A stretch of 64,000 nt of DNA from Paraspadella gotoi. Taxonomy: Eukaryota > Animalia > Chaetognatha. Location of the stretch: NCBI GenBank assembly GCA_051294375.1, contig CM119264.1:3143575-3207574 (forward strand), given 5' to 3'. The notes below the pieces were generated by a model. That model saw only the letters and a list, made by a program, of their open reading frames with translations, had not been told where the DNA came from and did no database searches. Positions 39,027 through 51,313 of the stretch are shown here, piece by piece (the stretch's first letter is position 1; each line of letters opens with the position of its first letter). A program made the translations under genes and the position numbers.

Positions 39027-39975
39027 TTTTTAGTCGGATCTGCTTATCAGTAGATCCCGACTTTATAATTCACTTTGTTAGTCCATCGGTCCGCCCCCTC
39101 AATATTGTCGGGCACACACTTATATCATGTCAGAACATCAAATTATGATATATTATGAAAAAAAATGATGTCCTCTCGTTCGTCTGTCTGTTTGTACATC
39201 CGTCTGTCCGTCCCACCTTAGCAAAAAACACCAATTACTTGTGATTGGATGGATGGATTGGAATGAAATTTTGTGTGTGGGTAGGGACATGTGTGATTGA
39301 GCTGGATATGAAGTTTCGATGGAATCGTCCGAGTTGAAATGAGCTTAAATGGAAAAAACAAAAAAATATATTTCACTATTTGAACACCAATTGCTCATGA
39401 GTGGATTGGGCGATTGACCTTGAATTTGGTATATATGTGTTTTATTCGTTTACAACAATTAGTTGAAACAGTACATTCAAAAGGGCATACAGCATTACAG
39501 ATAAACGCATAAATTGTACAGTTTACAATTAAACAAAATATAAATATTCAAATTAACAGAACGAAAAAAAAAAAATTAACAATAAGCTGACAAGAGTAAG
39601 TGTGTGATTAAGCTGGAAATCATTTTTGATGGAATTGTTTTAGTGGAAATGAGTTTAAATAGAAAAAACAAAAAACCTGTTTCACTAATTGATTATGCTT
39701 CTTTTTCCTTTTATATCAAATGTAAATGCAATTTAAAATCAATTAGTCAATTAATTAATAAATAATTAATTAATCAGTCAATAAATGAGTCAATCGTTAT
39801 CGGCATTATTCTCATTGTTGTCATTGCTTTTGTCGTGGTTAGTGACGAAAAGACCTAAAAACAAACATTTGGGATCAAATTAATTAATTAATTAACTTGA
39901 ATAATTTAATTATTAATTAATTAATTACCGATAATGATCGTGGTCAGATCCGACATTGTTTGCTCAAACTTGTTT
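39027..39975 (+). mobile_element. HINE-like element, full length, inserted in a T-run without TSD
   Basis: Both family ends are present. Copies A and D show the empty site CTTTAATTTTTAAAAA (e.g. 56570-56585). Confidence 0.78.
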
Positions 39976-42648
39976 AAAAAAACTACTGCTCTAAAAGCTT
40001 AAGTATTTTGTCATTAATACAATTTCTTTTCTCTATTTAGTTTCTCTTTGCCTCAATGGTCACTTTTTCCAATTCAATATGACGCGATCGGAAATTACAA
40101 ATTTCTTGATCCATCTCACTTACAAATTCTTCTGATGTTGAACATAGATTTGATTTTAGGCTTCATTTACCTCTTCATCCATCTGCTGCAAAGAAAGCAA
40201 CAAGCAAAGATAGCTCTATTGGTCATCACTTCACTCTCACCGTTGACTGTGGTTGCCCTCAACATCTATGCAACAATCAATTACACTCACGCATTCTCAG
40301 ATTTGGGTTTTTCGCAATGCAACAATTTTAAGTGTGTTGCTGGTTTGAATCTCAATCTCAATTCTCTTTACGAATTTAATGAATTTCGGTACAAAAGCTT
40401 TATAACTTTTACCAAATATTCTTTTACTTCAATTACATCTTACTTTATTCTTTCATTTTTGGAGGCCTTTGGCAAAAGGTCTTGGTCAAATTTGTCTATG
40501 GGTATTCAACAGTCATTTTGTTTAATTGGAATAATTTCGCTCGGGCTTTCAGTCGCTGGTTTCTTGATATTAAGAACTCGCGATACAACACATGAGACGG
40601 AAATAATTTTTAAAATGAAGTTTTATCGACAAAATTTTAAGAATTTTCCTTTTGAAAATTGTCATGATGCCATGGTTAGTCTGAGCCAGAAAAGTCAATA
40701 TTTTTCTATTTATTGTAACATTTCATTTCTTCCTTTGATTATTTGGATTGCAGTTGCACTTTTAAAAATTAAATGTAAAAGATTACATAGATATTGTACA
40801 AAATTATCATTTATAATTTTTTTGGTGATACCTCCAATATTCATTTTTAATGGACAAAATTTAATGCTGAAAACAAATATGACTCATCATCATGATTTAA
40901 TTATATTGAATAAATTAATTTCCGATCCTAGAAATGAGTTTCCTATAGATTTTCTTTCAACGGAGACGCCCTCATTTTTTCTTTGTTCTACTATAGAAAA
41001 TCAATGAAATTGCTGGTGCTTAAAAAGATCATTCAAAAAACAACTTAGAACCTGGCATGGTTTTCAAAGAGCTCTTGAAGTTTATCCATTTTAGAAATCA
41101 AAACGATTTTAATATTTTTCTTTATTTCTTCATGTTTTTTCCTATTCTTTGTAGGTTTATATATTTTATGTAGTAGAAAGTAAAAATTATTAAAAAGTAA
41201 AAAGCACTGCTAATTTTCTATTGGTTAAAATAGAAAATATCGGCAGCTCTTACTTTAAATAAATTAAATATTTAAATAAATTATAGTAGGAAACATGTCT
41301 TTTCAACTTTTGATACCTACTACGAGGATTTGTCTCTTACTTTTTCTACTATGAGTAATTGAGTATTTTCCCTTTACTTTCTATAGAAATTTGCTCTTCT
41401 GTCTGCACCCACTAGATCTTCACTTGCATTGCTTTACACAAAATAGCAAATTTTTGTTTGTTTTGGTCTTAATAAACCAGATGGCTCTACAAAAAAGAGC
41501 GTTTTTAAAACAAAATAGCAATGAAATTTAGTTTTAGTATATCTTTTCTGAAACAAAAGAACAGTCCTATTAAATCTTCTTTATATTTATACCATATTTT
41601 ACTAGAGGCCTTTACAAAACAGGAGGCCCTTTGTAAGACAAAGGAACAATCAAAAAATTTTATCTCTACCCACTAGATCTTCACTTGCAACTGCTCTTCA
41701 ACAAAATAGCAAGTTTTTTTTTCGCTTTTCTTATCAGAAATATTTTTAAAAATAATTTTTTTTATATTTTTGCAAAATATAAAAATATGCAAAATTACTT
41801 ATTTATTTTTTTAATATCTTTTAATGACGGCATATATGCAAGAGAGACACAAAAGAATTGAAGCAATATAGAAGAAAAAATGCAGGTTGATGTCCGCAAA
41901 ATTAACTTAATAAAAATTACGCAACAGTTTAGATTTAAATTAATTATTAAATTTCAAAACACTATTTACAATCACTTAATAGATCAAATTTATACCAATA
42001 TTACACATTTGAATTAGAATTCAATTGAAGTAATTCCATCTTATTATTCAGATCATCACCTTATTGATTATGTCTGCCAAAAACAATTCCAAAGGGTAAA
42101 CCAGTGGCTTAAACTGAACTGTTACTGCGGCAATAATAATATTTTTTTTAAATTTGCATCATTTTTTAACTTTTTTTTCAACCTTTATCAATAAATTAAA
42201 ATAAATTTCTGTAAAACTCATGTTTTTGTCGATTTTAGAGTTGTCTTTTATTGGCTTAGTATAGATATAACATTATTGTTCGTTTCATACCGTCGACTTT
42301 AAATGCCACCGATCAAATATCGAAAAGTTTGGAATCGAGCGACGAGAATTCAAAAATGCCAGAGGCTAAAAATATTTTTCGCGATATTATTATTAGAAAT
42401 TCACTGGGTGAGGTTATCCCTAACAAAAACCTATTCTCAAAAGATAAAAGAGACGAAATGAATTTATTTTTCGAAAAGGGGAAAAGAGGGCCCTTGGCAA
42501 AAATATCTAATATTTCAAAAATAAACTCAGATGACTCAGAAATCTTCCCTTTAGAATCTTTTTGGGCCCTGGATCTGAAAGTGGAATCCGCTGCACCTCA
42601 GGGGTTGAAACTCAAGAAGCAAACGAATCCGCCTGCAGGATGGCAGTG

Positions 42649-42815
42649 TAAAAGGATAAGGGCTGTTGTGAGAGGAAACCAAAGGATAAGGGCTGCTGTG
42701 AGAGGAAACCAAAGGATAAGGGCTGTTGTGAGAGGAAACCAAAGGACAAGGGCTGTGAGAGGTTTAAATTAAACCTTTAATTAAACTTTAATTAAACCTT
42801 TAATTAAACTTTAAT
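42649..42815. repeat. 30-bp tandem repeat (~3.5 units) plus AAAC(C)TTTAATT repeat
   Basis: AAAGGATAAGGGCTGTTGTGAGAGGAAACC repeated; it produces the RIRAVVRGNQ repeats in the ORF track. Confidence 0.85.
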
Positions 42816-43099
42816 TGTAATCGGAGCATTGCTCCTGCTGCTGTAATTGTATATCTCAACTAAATAATACAAAAGAAAAATGTACGATAAACGTAACATC
42901 GACCGATGACTTATTAGCTAATAACCGAAATTAGAAATAAAAGATGATTTCGAAAAAATAGAATTACCCAACGTTTTCGCAATTAGGAAGTGAAGGAATC
43001 CTAAAACTGCAAAACGAATCCACTGAAATACAAAAGTGGAAATCTTGGATGACAAACGACGACTCTCGACCAAATAAGAGCGACGCTTAACAATTAGAG

Positions 43100-44149
43100 T
43101 TGCACGACTTAACAATTTTACGACACATTCCGTTTTTCAAAATAAATAGTCAACAAATTATTTTTAGATTATTTATAAAAGAAAATGGAAACGTAGATAA
43201 ACTAATTTTAATAGATACTAAACAGCTGACCGAAATGACGGAAAAAGTACACCACGAATATGGACATTGTAATTTTAATACAGTTTTTAAAATTATATCG
43301 ACAATGTACAATGTACTACTGTACACCTGGAATGCGACGACGAATTACTGACGCAATCAGAAACTGTCATGTTTGTGTGAGTTACAACATAAAACCGACG
43401 GTGAAGGAGAAACCATCGACTTAATGCCGTTCGCACCGAGACAAATACTTTCTTGCGATTTGCTGGGTCCGATAACAAACTCGAAAGGGTATAAATATAT
43501 ATTCTCAGCTCGAGACGCTTACAGTAGAGAATCTTTCTTAATACCGATAAAATCTACTTCGGCTGAAGATGTCGCTCATGCCTTTTTAAAGATATTCGAA
43601 TCTCATGGAATTTGGGATTGCGTTTCAATCGATGGTAAATGTGTGACACAATGAAAAGTCGATAGGACTATTTTCAGAAAACTGGGAGTACAGGTGCAAC
43701 AAAGTACGTACGTCAGTAGACATCAGCTTTACTTGGAACGATTAAATCAAATCTGTCTGATTCGAATTTTGAAATGGTTAAACAAAGAACCCGACTTACG
43801 AAAGTGGTCCGACATTTTGAAGAAAGTTGAATTCTCCATAAACATGAGTCCATGCGTCTCGTTAGGGGGAAGGAGTCCATTCCAGGTAACCCGGAAAGAC
43901 GGGATGAAGGCGTTGACGCCGGAGATCGACCCGTTGGAAGGGCGTAAAGCTGTAGAAGAGGATTTTAATATGTTATTAGAAATGCACCGTGAAATTCGCT
44001 TTGCGGCATATAAACATTTATTATCTTATCAGCAACAATTGAATCCTCGAGATAAAAACCGAAGCGTTAAGAAAGGGAGAAATAATCTTTCGAAAACGCA
44101 TGTCGTTGAAATTGAAATTACAGAAAGTATAGTCTCTGCTCTCATTTAA
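43100..44149 (+). mobile_element. Degraded Gypsy-type retrotransposon integrase
   Basis: HHCC finger (VHHEYGHC...IRNCHVC), core DLLGP...YKYIFSARDAYSR...IDG...ERLNQ, and W...L..VEFSIN....SLG..SPF. Broken by frameshifts and stops. Confidence 0.85.
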
Positions 44150-44320
44150 TGAAAGTTGAACAAGTTATTATTAAAATTAATAGTAATTAATCAAAATTAA
44201 TCAAATTGGTGTGAACATTAGTATAATAATAATGCTTCGCCGTATGACCGATATTTAGTAATCATTTTAATTACAGCATCTTACGGCGACGTTTGAAAGT
44301 AAACAACAGACTCGTGAGGC

Positions 44321-44324
<4 letters not shown>

Positions 44325-44411
<87 letters not shown>

Positions 44412-44420
44412 CGAGAGCGA
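44325..44420. repeat. (GA)n microsatellite
   Basis: Long uninterrupted GA run. Confidence 0.95.
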
Positions 44421-46942
44421 TCGATCGTAAGTCGCCTCACTCGTTTTATTTTGATTTCTGGAGATACGATGCTAGCTTAAGTTTCTTAACTAGTTACAGA
44501 TTTTCGTTATTAATTTAACTGAATTATAAACAGTATTTAATGAAAATGTTGAGATGAAAATAAAAGTGTAATAACATGCATATTGCCATGTAATGTTGAC
44601 ATTGAAATTTCTTAAATATCTTCGATGTCAGCGATTTGGTTTTTCGATTTGCGCTGAGACATTTCTTAATCTTGTTGCGATGATTGAGCAGAGTACAAGG
44701 AACTGACAAACGATACTTGGAACTTGACGACCCTGAAATCATAATTTGTTTGCACCCTTTACTTCAAAATAACCTGTTTGCACGAATCTCTTTCATTTCG
44801 ACTTAAATTGATTTTTGCCCTGAATAAATTTGCACCTTTCTCTTACTGACACAATGACGACATTGAAGGGTGACGATGCCGATGAGCAATGCCAGACAGA
44901 CAATTGACAATGCAACAAGAACGACCAAGTAAAGTAGAATAGTCGGGCTGACAAATGCCGAAACGCCTTGATTGGTGACGGGAATGGAACATGATTTCCC
45001 ATATTTCCAGTCGAGGTTGGCGAGCAGAGTGTAAAATGGCGCCGCAGACCGAACGAAAACAATTTTCTGCATTGGTGTTTACGAAATATCTTACAAAATA
45101 ATACTTTATATTTTACTTTAACTAAAAACCCGTACTGGCGAAATAATCTTACCTTAAGGTTCTGAGTCTTTTACCCTTTTGCACCGTTAAAAGGATATTG
45201 CGGCTCTCTGCACTCTCAGAAAACTGAGGTTGCCAGTACTGTTTTGAGTTTAAATTAAAATTATGAAACGATTGATACTTTTTGGAAATTGATGATTTAA
45301 TTATAATTTGCGCACCTTTAAAGAGGATAATAGACTGATCCGTTACACTTACCATTTTGGGGTTAGGAAAAGGAAGAGCAGAATGAGTTTTACTTGATTG
45401 ATGTAGTGGACCGATTAGATCGATTAAAATTGATTTGATGTTTTGAGGAAAGATATCGAAAAATAGATCAAGTGACATGAATGACTGCCATATTTATGTG
45501 AATATGTTTGTTTGATGTTTGCTTACATACTGGTTCCCAATATATATATATAATTAATTTTACATTTTAGTTCTGAACTGTTTGGCCGGCAGTTTCGACT
45601 TATTTTCAAAACAATTTATTTTAGTTACGTTTTTTAATAATAGATGCAGCGCAGATTTATTTTAGTCCTTAATTCACTTTTCCCAAATTTAGCTATATGT
45701 GATCAATTGTAATACTGTTATAACTATTGAGATTAATGTGATACATGTGATCATTTGTACTCATTGTTTAGCTTACTCATCTATTTGCCATTTAACAAAA
45801 TTTGTTTTGGGGGGGGGAGATGTTAGTTATATTTTATTTAGCCTCCAATTTTGTAATTAACTTTCTTTCAAATTTTGTCTCTCTTAATTCTGTAAGTTCC
45901 AAAGTTTAATATTTCATAGATTCCCATGAACTCGGTGCCTATTTTGTAAACATTTTGTCTAAGTAGAATAAACAAAGGAAGAGAGACGAGAGGGAGGCCG
46001 AGATTTTAGTACATTCCATTTTTAGATCTCAAGGGAGTAAGACGCAATATTTTATCACTGTTTAATTTTCTAATACAACTTTGGCAATCTACAATTATTT
46101 CAGGTAACTTCAAAAACTAATTAAACAGATTATGCATAATCCAGCTCTCTATCCGTCATCTATTGAGGGTCACAGGTCACGTTACCGACACTTGCTTTTC
46201 CCCTCTCTTTCTTTTAGGGATTGTCCTGCCTTCTTGATAACTTGATTATCCCCCCATCTTTTCATTAAAAATTATCCTGCCTTTTTCTTTCCTCTTTCTT
46301 TTTCTCACTCTTTCTTTCTTTCTTTTTTTTTCTATCTTTCCTTCATTCTCTGTTTTACGATAACATTATTTTTGATTTCAAGAAGTGAAAAAGAGTGTTG
46401 TGGCAACAGTATTTATTAAGGTTTCTGTGGCATCTAATAGTTATTGTGTGATTCTGGTTGTAGATTTGGTTGTTGAGATTTTTGTTGCTAAGGTTATTGT
46501 TGTTGAAGTCAAGGTAGTTACAGTGATTAAGGTTGTTGTGGTCATTGGCAGTTGTAGTCGCTGTATTCGTGGGGGTTAATGTGGTAGTCATTGTGACGGA
46601 ATGTTGCTTGTGGTTGCTATGGATATCCTGGTTCTTGACTTCTCTTGTATAAAGTAATTGTCCCAAAAGTGATCCACTTTTTCCAATCATCTTCGTTTCA
46701 TCCAAAACTCATTGTTTTCTCATCATTCGAGATGAAGACAGAAAATCGGAAATTGGTTCCGTTTAATCTCATTCTTTCATTTTCAAAACATAATAAAACG
46801 AGTTTGAGCAAACAATGTCGAATCTGCAAGAGATAATTTACCGGTAATTAGCTTATCAGATAATTAGTGCCTTTTTTAAATTCATATCAAGATTACAAAT
46901 GGTTCAATGGTTTTGTGGCGGTTGTGGTTTGTATGTTAGTTA

Positions 46943-47048
46943 CTATCTAGGAAAAAGTATATGGCATAATTCATTTATTTAATAAAAAGTATACAAAACA
47001 TGTGTAAAACATTCTCAATATTTGGTATGCCCTTCTTCGGTATAATTC

Positions 47049-47102
<54 letters not shown>

Positions 47103-47594
47103 TTATTCTGCATTTATCTGGACATGCTCTCAAACAGCAAATTGAGGTATGACAGTGAAATATTTTTTTACATTTTTTCAAATTTTTTCCATAGTTTTCC
47201 ACACGCAATTTTTTTTCAGCCCTGAAGTTAATGTTATGCATCTTTCCCTCTTTTCTAATAACTATAATAGCACTTTTTTAAACCAAAAAAAGGTGCAAAG
47301 CCTTTAGCATTATCAAATTAAAAAAAAATAACTAACTCGATTCAAAATAAAAACAAATAATTAAATACCAAATATAGTAAAAAACTTAATATGATTTTTT
47401 TCGATATTTTTTATTTTAAGTGACAATATTCTTTTGCCTTTAACTACTAAACGATTTGACCTCCAAAAAATGGAAGGAAGTTACTGAAAGGAAATTTAAT
47501 GTAGATTTGAAAATATTCTGATTTTTTAAAAAATTAAACAAGTTTTCGAATAGATATCCTTTATTAAAAATGTTATATACTTTTTTCCTAGATA
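46943..47594 (-). mobile_element. Second, more decayed copy of the Tc1-like element, with (ATT)n expansion
   Basis: TA|CTATCTAGGAAAAAGT ... CTTTTTTCCTAGATA. Shares AAAACATTCTCAATATTTGGTATGCCCT and AAATGGAAGGAAG..ACTGAAAGGAAATTTA with 33379-33975. Confidence 0.75.
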
Positions 47595-47682
47595 AGTGTT
47601 ATAGTAGCTGTGGATATTAAGGAAGTTTGGATTCTTTTGCTTATAATAGTTTTAATTCATATACTATTTTTATTGTTGCTGC

Positions 47683-48671
47683 TATGGTGGACTAAAATCC
47701 ACCAACCGTTCATTAGCGGCCATTGGTGCCGGAGGCAAGTCATTCGCCTCCCAACCCAAAGGTCCGGGGTTCTACCCCGGTGGCCGCCTAGCAGTTAAGA
47801 GGGACGGGGCGCTTAACCCGCCTGTAACATGGTGTTACAGCCTGATCCGAAGCTCAGGGACTGCTTATATTGAACGGTTCTGTCACTAACACATAAAAAT
47901 TATCACTGTCTCTTCATTGGTGACCCCGACTTCCGAGATCCGTGGTTGTTAGATAACCGGTTATCAGCACTATCACCAAATCATCACCAGTTGGTCACTG
48001 TTACGATTAAACACAACTTGCCTAACAGCAAGTAATCATCAAAAACAAAATCTTCAACAGCTGGTTATTTTCACGATTTAACCAAGCTTGCCTAATAGCA
48101 AGCAATCATCATAACAAACATAACCAAACAAATCATTTTTCCTATCTCCCTACTTCCTTTTTATAAAATTTCTTCCCAAAATATATTTTTTTTGAGAAAA
48201 GATATATGTAAATATTTATTGTAGAAGACAAACCACTTTTTAGTGGGTCCCCCCAAATGTTTCTCCTAGACCTTATTGTTTGCCCAAATATTACCCCAAG
48301 GAGAAACAATATTGTAAAGTACTTTGTTCCTTAACAAGTAGTTCAAGTCACCTCAACTGTAAATAGGGTCAGTTCGAACCCTCAGGTCCGAACTTGAGGG
48401 GGGGATGAGGCGACTTACCACTGGTCCATCTCTAAACCCTTCCTCTCTCCTCTTTCTTCGAGCCGGTCTATTCCACACGGTCACTTTGCCCGAGCTTTGG
48501 CAATGACCGGACACAGTAATAGGGCCGAGGCGACCGTAAGGTCAAGTTGGTCCGAGCGATGATAAAAGTGGATCAGGAGAGAGCTAGACTCACTTCTTTT
48601 CTACTTCTCTTACATCGTCACAATTCTTCACCTTCTCCTCACTTTTATTATTATTATTTTCGTCTTCTACA
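47683..48671 (+). mobile_element. Family-1 5' LTR + PBS, ~480-bp internal region, PPT and an unrelated 3' LTR-like segment, candidate TSD CTGC
   Basis: LTR 47683-47916; PBS TGGTGACCCCGAC (47918-47930, matches the tRNA-Trp 3' end); PPT GAGGGGGGGA (48396-48405); TG...CA segment 48406-48671; CTGC at 47679-47682 and 48672-48675. Confidence 0.65.
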
Positions 48672-49039
48672 CTGCAACCATTAATATTGCTGTATTTGTA
48701 GTTTTTGAGGTTGTAGTGATTATTATGATTATAGGAGTATAATAAAAAAAACTAATTTACACTCGCACGATTCCATCTCAACCATTGGTTTATCCAATTG
48801 GCATTCAAAGTGGATGGACGGACAAACCGACTGATCGCCAGACGGACATAGTTTTTTTTATAATTTTTAATAATTCGATATTTTAAGTTACTGGCCGACC
48901 AAACTATAGGGGGAACAACAGACCGAAAAAGCAAATTATAAAGTTGAGATCTGCGATGAGCAGATCCGACTAAAAATGATGAGAGAAAAATTCATGTCAA
49001 AACCTTGAGAGACAAACTAGCGTTTTTCCATGTTATAAC

Positions 49040-49400
49040 CTTTTTTTTAGAGAAAGTTTGATTTTAATTTTGAACGACGATTTTTTTCATTATTAATAGA
49101 TATGTTTCGACTTTGGTACAAGTCTTCATCAACACTTGTGAATTTACAATTTTTTTTCACATTACAGGAAATATGTGAGACAGAGAGAGAGAGAGAGAGA
49201 GAGACCAACAAAGATTTGAGAAAAGGACAGAGGTTTGAGGTTAGGACAGGGTAAGTTTTAGGTCAGAGGGAGAGACAGATACCGAAAAGGAAATTTTGAG
49301 AGAGAGAGAAAGTCGAAACATGTTCATTAATAATAAAAAAAAAATCGTTGTTCAAAATTAAAATAAAACTTTCTCTAAGTCACAAACACAACAAAATTTA
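49040..49400. mobile_element. Penelope-like remnant with inverted hammerhead-bearing ends (degenerate)
   Basis: Minus strand TTGATGAAGACTTGTACCAAAGTCGAAACATATC (~49099-49132) and plus strand AGTCGAAACATGTTC (49311), with mirrored AT-rich tails. Confidence 0.55.
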
Positions 49401-51313
49401 AATTTAATTCCTATTTTTTCCCTTCATAATCATTATATGTAGAGTGTCAAGCGTACTGTCACTTTGAATGAACACTGTGTCAAATTGGTAAGTTTATTTT
49501 TTAATTTGATTGAACCACCGGAAAGATGAGTTCATACAGTTTTTATTGTGTCTACAAATCTACATTATCATGTTTATTTGTATTATTATCGAACCATTGC
49601 AAAGTTCAAATGAGGGAGGATTTTTGTTTCGACAATCGATCAAAAAATTTAGGTGATATTAAATTTATAAAGTTGAGCTGCTTTTGGTAAAAAATAATTG
49701 TGCAATGTGCATGTTGGTTATGTTGATTATGCTCTTGCTTAGATTTTTGTAGATTAGAATGATTGACGATGTTAATAATTTCAGAAAAGAAGTTGCAAAG
49801 AATGATTGTGATGAAAATTTGTTTTCATGGACGCTCTTTAATTTTTACCTTCAGGAAACAGATAAACATTACAAATTTATTATGTTATTATTCAGCATAT
49901 GGTGTTAGATGCATAGAGTCCATTTTACTGCTAAAAATAATTTCCAGCTGACTGCAGCTAATATGTATTGCCAATGCGGCCTTTTTAATCATCATGCCCC
50001 GTTGCCATATGACGGAGCAGGGAATCTCTCTCGTTCGCTCTCTCTCTCTCTTTGGCTGGATGACTCAGAGTCCGGATCGGGATCGACAAAAACGACGACG
50101 ATAATTTGAACGATGGATTAATTGTTTAGGGTTTAGGTTAGGGATAAGGTTAGTTTAGGGAATAGATATTAGGGATTACGGTAGGGGTTAGGGATTAGGG
50201 TTGGGATTAGGGTTGGGGATTAGGGTCGTTTTTCCCTACGCTACTTTTGCAACAATAAAATTCTGGCTAGCTGGGTGATTCAGCAAGAGAAAGAATTTAG
50301 CCTCCGTCAGGATCGGGATCGACAGAAACAATGACGATAATTTGAACGATGGAGGAAGCAGTTGCATCGGTGAGAGCGACGACAAAAAGAGTGATGCATA
50401 AAGCGACGATAAAAGCAGCAAAATATACGAGTTTTGTGCATGTGTTTGAGTCCGCTGCTTCAGGAGCCGCAGCAAAAGGGCTTCTTTGAAAAAAAGTGCC
50501 GTTTTTCTAGTTAAAACTTATAGAAAATAAAAATTTTAGCGTTAAAAAAATGGATAAGAACAATGATCTGGCAAGAGCCTGTTGCCTAACTAAACCTTGA
50601 AATATATTATTAAGAATTAATGAGACATTATACTAACTAAGGATTATAAAAGAATTTAAAAAAATTACCTAAACTTTTTTACAATGAGTTTAAAATTGAA
50701 TTATCAAATAAAAGGAAAAAAATGTTGCAAAAAAAGCTGCTGGAATGCAAGCGCACCAGTTGCTATAATGTAAAACTAAAATTAACAATTTTCTTTATAG
50801 GAACAAAAACTTCCAACTAATGAAATGAACAAATATTAAACACAGTAAGTCAGTTAAGAGTTATAACAACTCTTTTCATTTCACTCCCATTTGAAATCCG
50901 TGTATGGTAAAAATCTGTCAGTGTATGTAGACAAGTAGCATAAAAAAATTAGGGTAGTGTAGTTGGGTAGTTGGAAAGATTTTAAAATTTACAATGAATT
51001 TTTCAAAATTTTAAAAAGTAAAAAAAAGTAATAAAAAGTAATAAAAAGTAATATAATCGTTAGATTTTAAAAATGAAGACATCATATAAAACTGTAAGGA
51101 CTTCTGAATCCAACAAGTATACATAGTAAATGCAGTTTTTATAACTATATATAAATTCATTATATATGACTAGCTTTAGTAAATTTTATACTATTGTCAC
51201 TTGCCCTTACAACAGATATCGTACATTGCTAATTTCCAAGTCAGCAAAATCTCTTTAATCTCCTCAATTTCTTTATGAAATTGGTACAACCAATATAAAA
51301 GTTGTATCATAAC

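Larger units (their letters stand above)
30356..41173 (+). pseudogene. XK-related-like copy C, frameshifted (exons 30356-30848, 37106-37810, 40041-41173)
   Basis: Very similar to copy A with the same splice sites. It has several 1-nt indels in the first 70 nt of exon 1, plus a 4-nt deletion near 40975 (premature stop 41007) and a 1-nt deletion near 41022. Some could be read errors. Confidence 0.7.

Noticed and set aside
47717-47788. Functional tRNA gene (Gly-like CCC loop)
   Set aside because: The anticodon stem does not pair, the T loop is shifted, there is no oligo-T terminator, and it is embedded in a repeated LTR. Treated as a tRNA-derived promoter.
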